Source of the DNA: Sphingomonadales bacterium
GTDB taxonomy: Bacteria; Pseudomonadota; Alphaproteobacteria; Sphingomonadales; Sphingomonadaceae
Assembly (NCBI GenBank): GCA_038246995.1
Contig: JBBRVH010000001.1
Coordinates: 4,466-68,465 of the forward strand
Direction: 5' to 3'
Length of the DNA stretch: 64,000 nt
Shown here: positions 63,495 to 64,000 of the stretch, in pieces
Position numbering within the stretch: the stretch's first letter is position 1
Layout: every line of letters begins with the position of its first letter
Program-made: the position numbers and the translations under genes
The notes under the pieces: model-generated
Told to the model about the DNA's origin: nothing
The model's database searches: none
The model's input: the letters and a program-made list of their open reading frames with translations, nothing else

Positions 63495-64000
63495 CTAGCC
63501 GACCGACAAGATGATCTTGCCGACGTGCGTGCCCGCCTCCATGCGCCGGTGCGCCTCGGCCGCATCGGCGAGCGCGAACACCCGGTCGGTGACCGGCAGC
63601 AGCCGCCCGGCATCGAATTCCGGCCAGATCGCGCCTTCCAGCGTTTCGGCGATCGCTGTCTTGAAAGCGATCGACCGCGGCCGCAGCATCGATCCCGTCA
63701 GCACCAGACGCTTGCGCATCACCGCCACCAGATCGAGATCGGCGCGCGGCCCGCGCTGAAAAGCGATGCTGAGATGGCGGCCATCGTCGGCAAGGCATTG
63801 CAGATTGCGCGGCAGATAATCACCGCCGACCATGTCGAGCACCAGGTCGACGCCGCGCTTGTCGGTGATCCGCGCCACTTCGGCGACGAAATCCTGCGCA
63901 TTGTAATCGATGGCGTGCGCCGCCCCCAGCGCCAGGGCCGCAGCGCATTTGTCGGCATTGCCGGCGGTGACGATCACTGTCATGCCCAGCGCCGTGCCAA
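63495..64000 (-). CDS. NAD(P)H quinone oxidoreductase / zinc-type alcohol dehydrogenase family, N-terminus beyond the window
   Basis: C-terminal Rossmann half VIVTAGNADKCAAALALGAAHAIDY...AHRRMEAGTHVGKIIL. The frame stays open to position 64000. Confidence 0.75.
   Translation of the reverse strand, partial: GTALGMTVIVTAGNADKCAAALALGAAHAIDYNAQDFVAEVARITDKRGVDLVLDMVGGDYLPRNLQCLADDGRHLSIAFQRGPRADLDLVAVMRKRLVLTGSMLRPRSIAFKTAIAETLEGAIWPEFDAGRLLPVTDRVFALADAAEAHRRMEAGTHVGKIILSVG

Noticed and set aside
1-64000. Searched by eye for CRISPR arrays, tRNA/rRNA genes, transposases and integrases
   Set aside because: No regularly spaced identical repeats with unique spacers. No cloverleaf-like segments in the intergenic regions. 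No ORF with transposase or integrase motifs. The periodic repeat at 36009-37316 is coding (the psp array), not CRISPR.

Overview
High-GC (mostly about 65%) chromosomal segment. From gene content and synteny it looks alphaproteobacterial, probably Sphingomonadales; that is inference with no search run. Most of the window is housekeeping: the cobA-DUF2849-cysI-DUF934 sulfite reduction operon, rne, rpsD, rpoZ, spoT/rsh, pyrE-pdxJ-acpS-lepB, tadA, rmuC, ssb, sufE, ccmAB, topA-dprA-plsY, nadE, an M16 peptidase and an RND efflux operon. I found no rRNA, tRNA, CRISPR array, transposase or integrase.

Five things stand out:
1. A sigma-54/PspF-type phage-shock locus (pspF divergent from pspA-pspB-pspC-pspC). 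It starts with an unannotated 58-aa signal-peptide ORF and ends in six tandem PspB/PspC-zipper-like mini membrane proteins. I consider this the best candidate for an undescribed system.
2. A 5.7-kb reverse-strand cluster that splits the usual rpoZ-spoT pair: UbiA-type prenyltransferase, HAD phosphatase, GtrA and two large polytopic membrane proteins. It looks like a polyprenyl-phospho-pentose periplasmic glycosylation pathway.
3. A low-GC orphan NADAR gene inside a roughly 0.9-kb cassette with 36-37 nt inverted repeats and an 8-nt direct repeat.
4. A parDE-like toxin-antitoxin cassette bounded by the same repeat family, with an in-frame TAA truncating the toxin.
5. Two composite palindromic intergenic elements.

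All protein calls rest on motif recognition in the supplied translations and my own reading of the DNA. Many start codons were moved from the ORF-track maxima to internal starts. No database search was possible.
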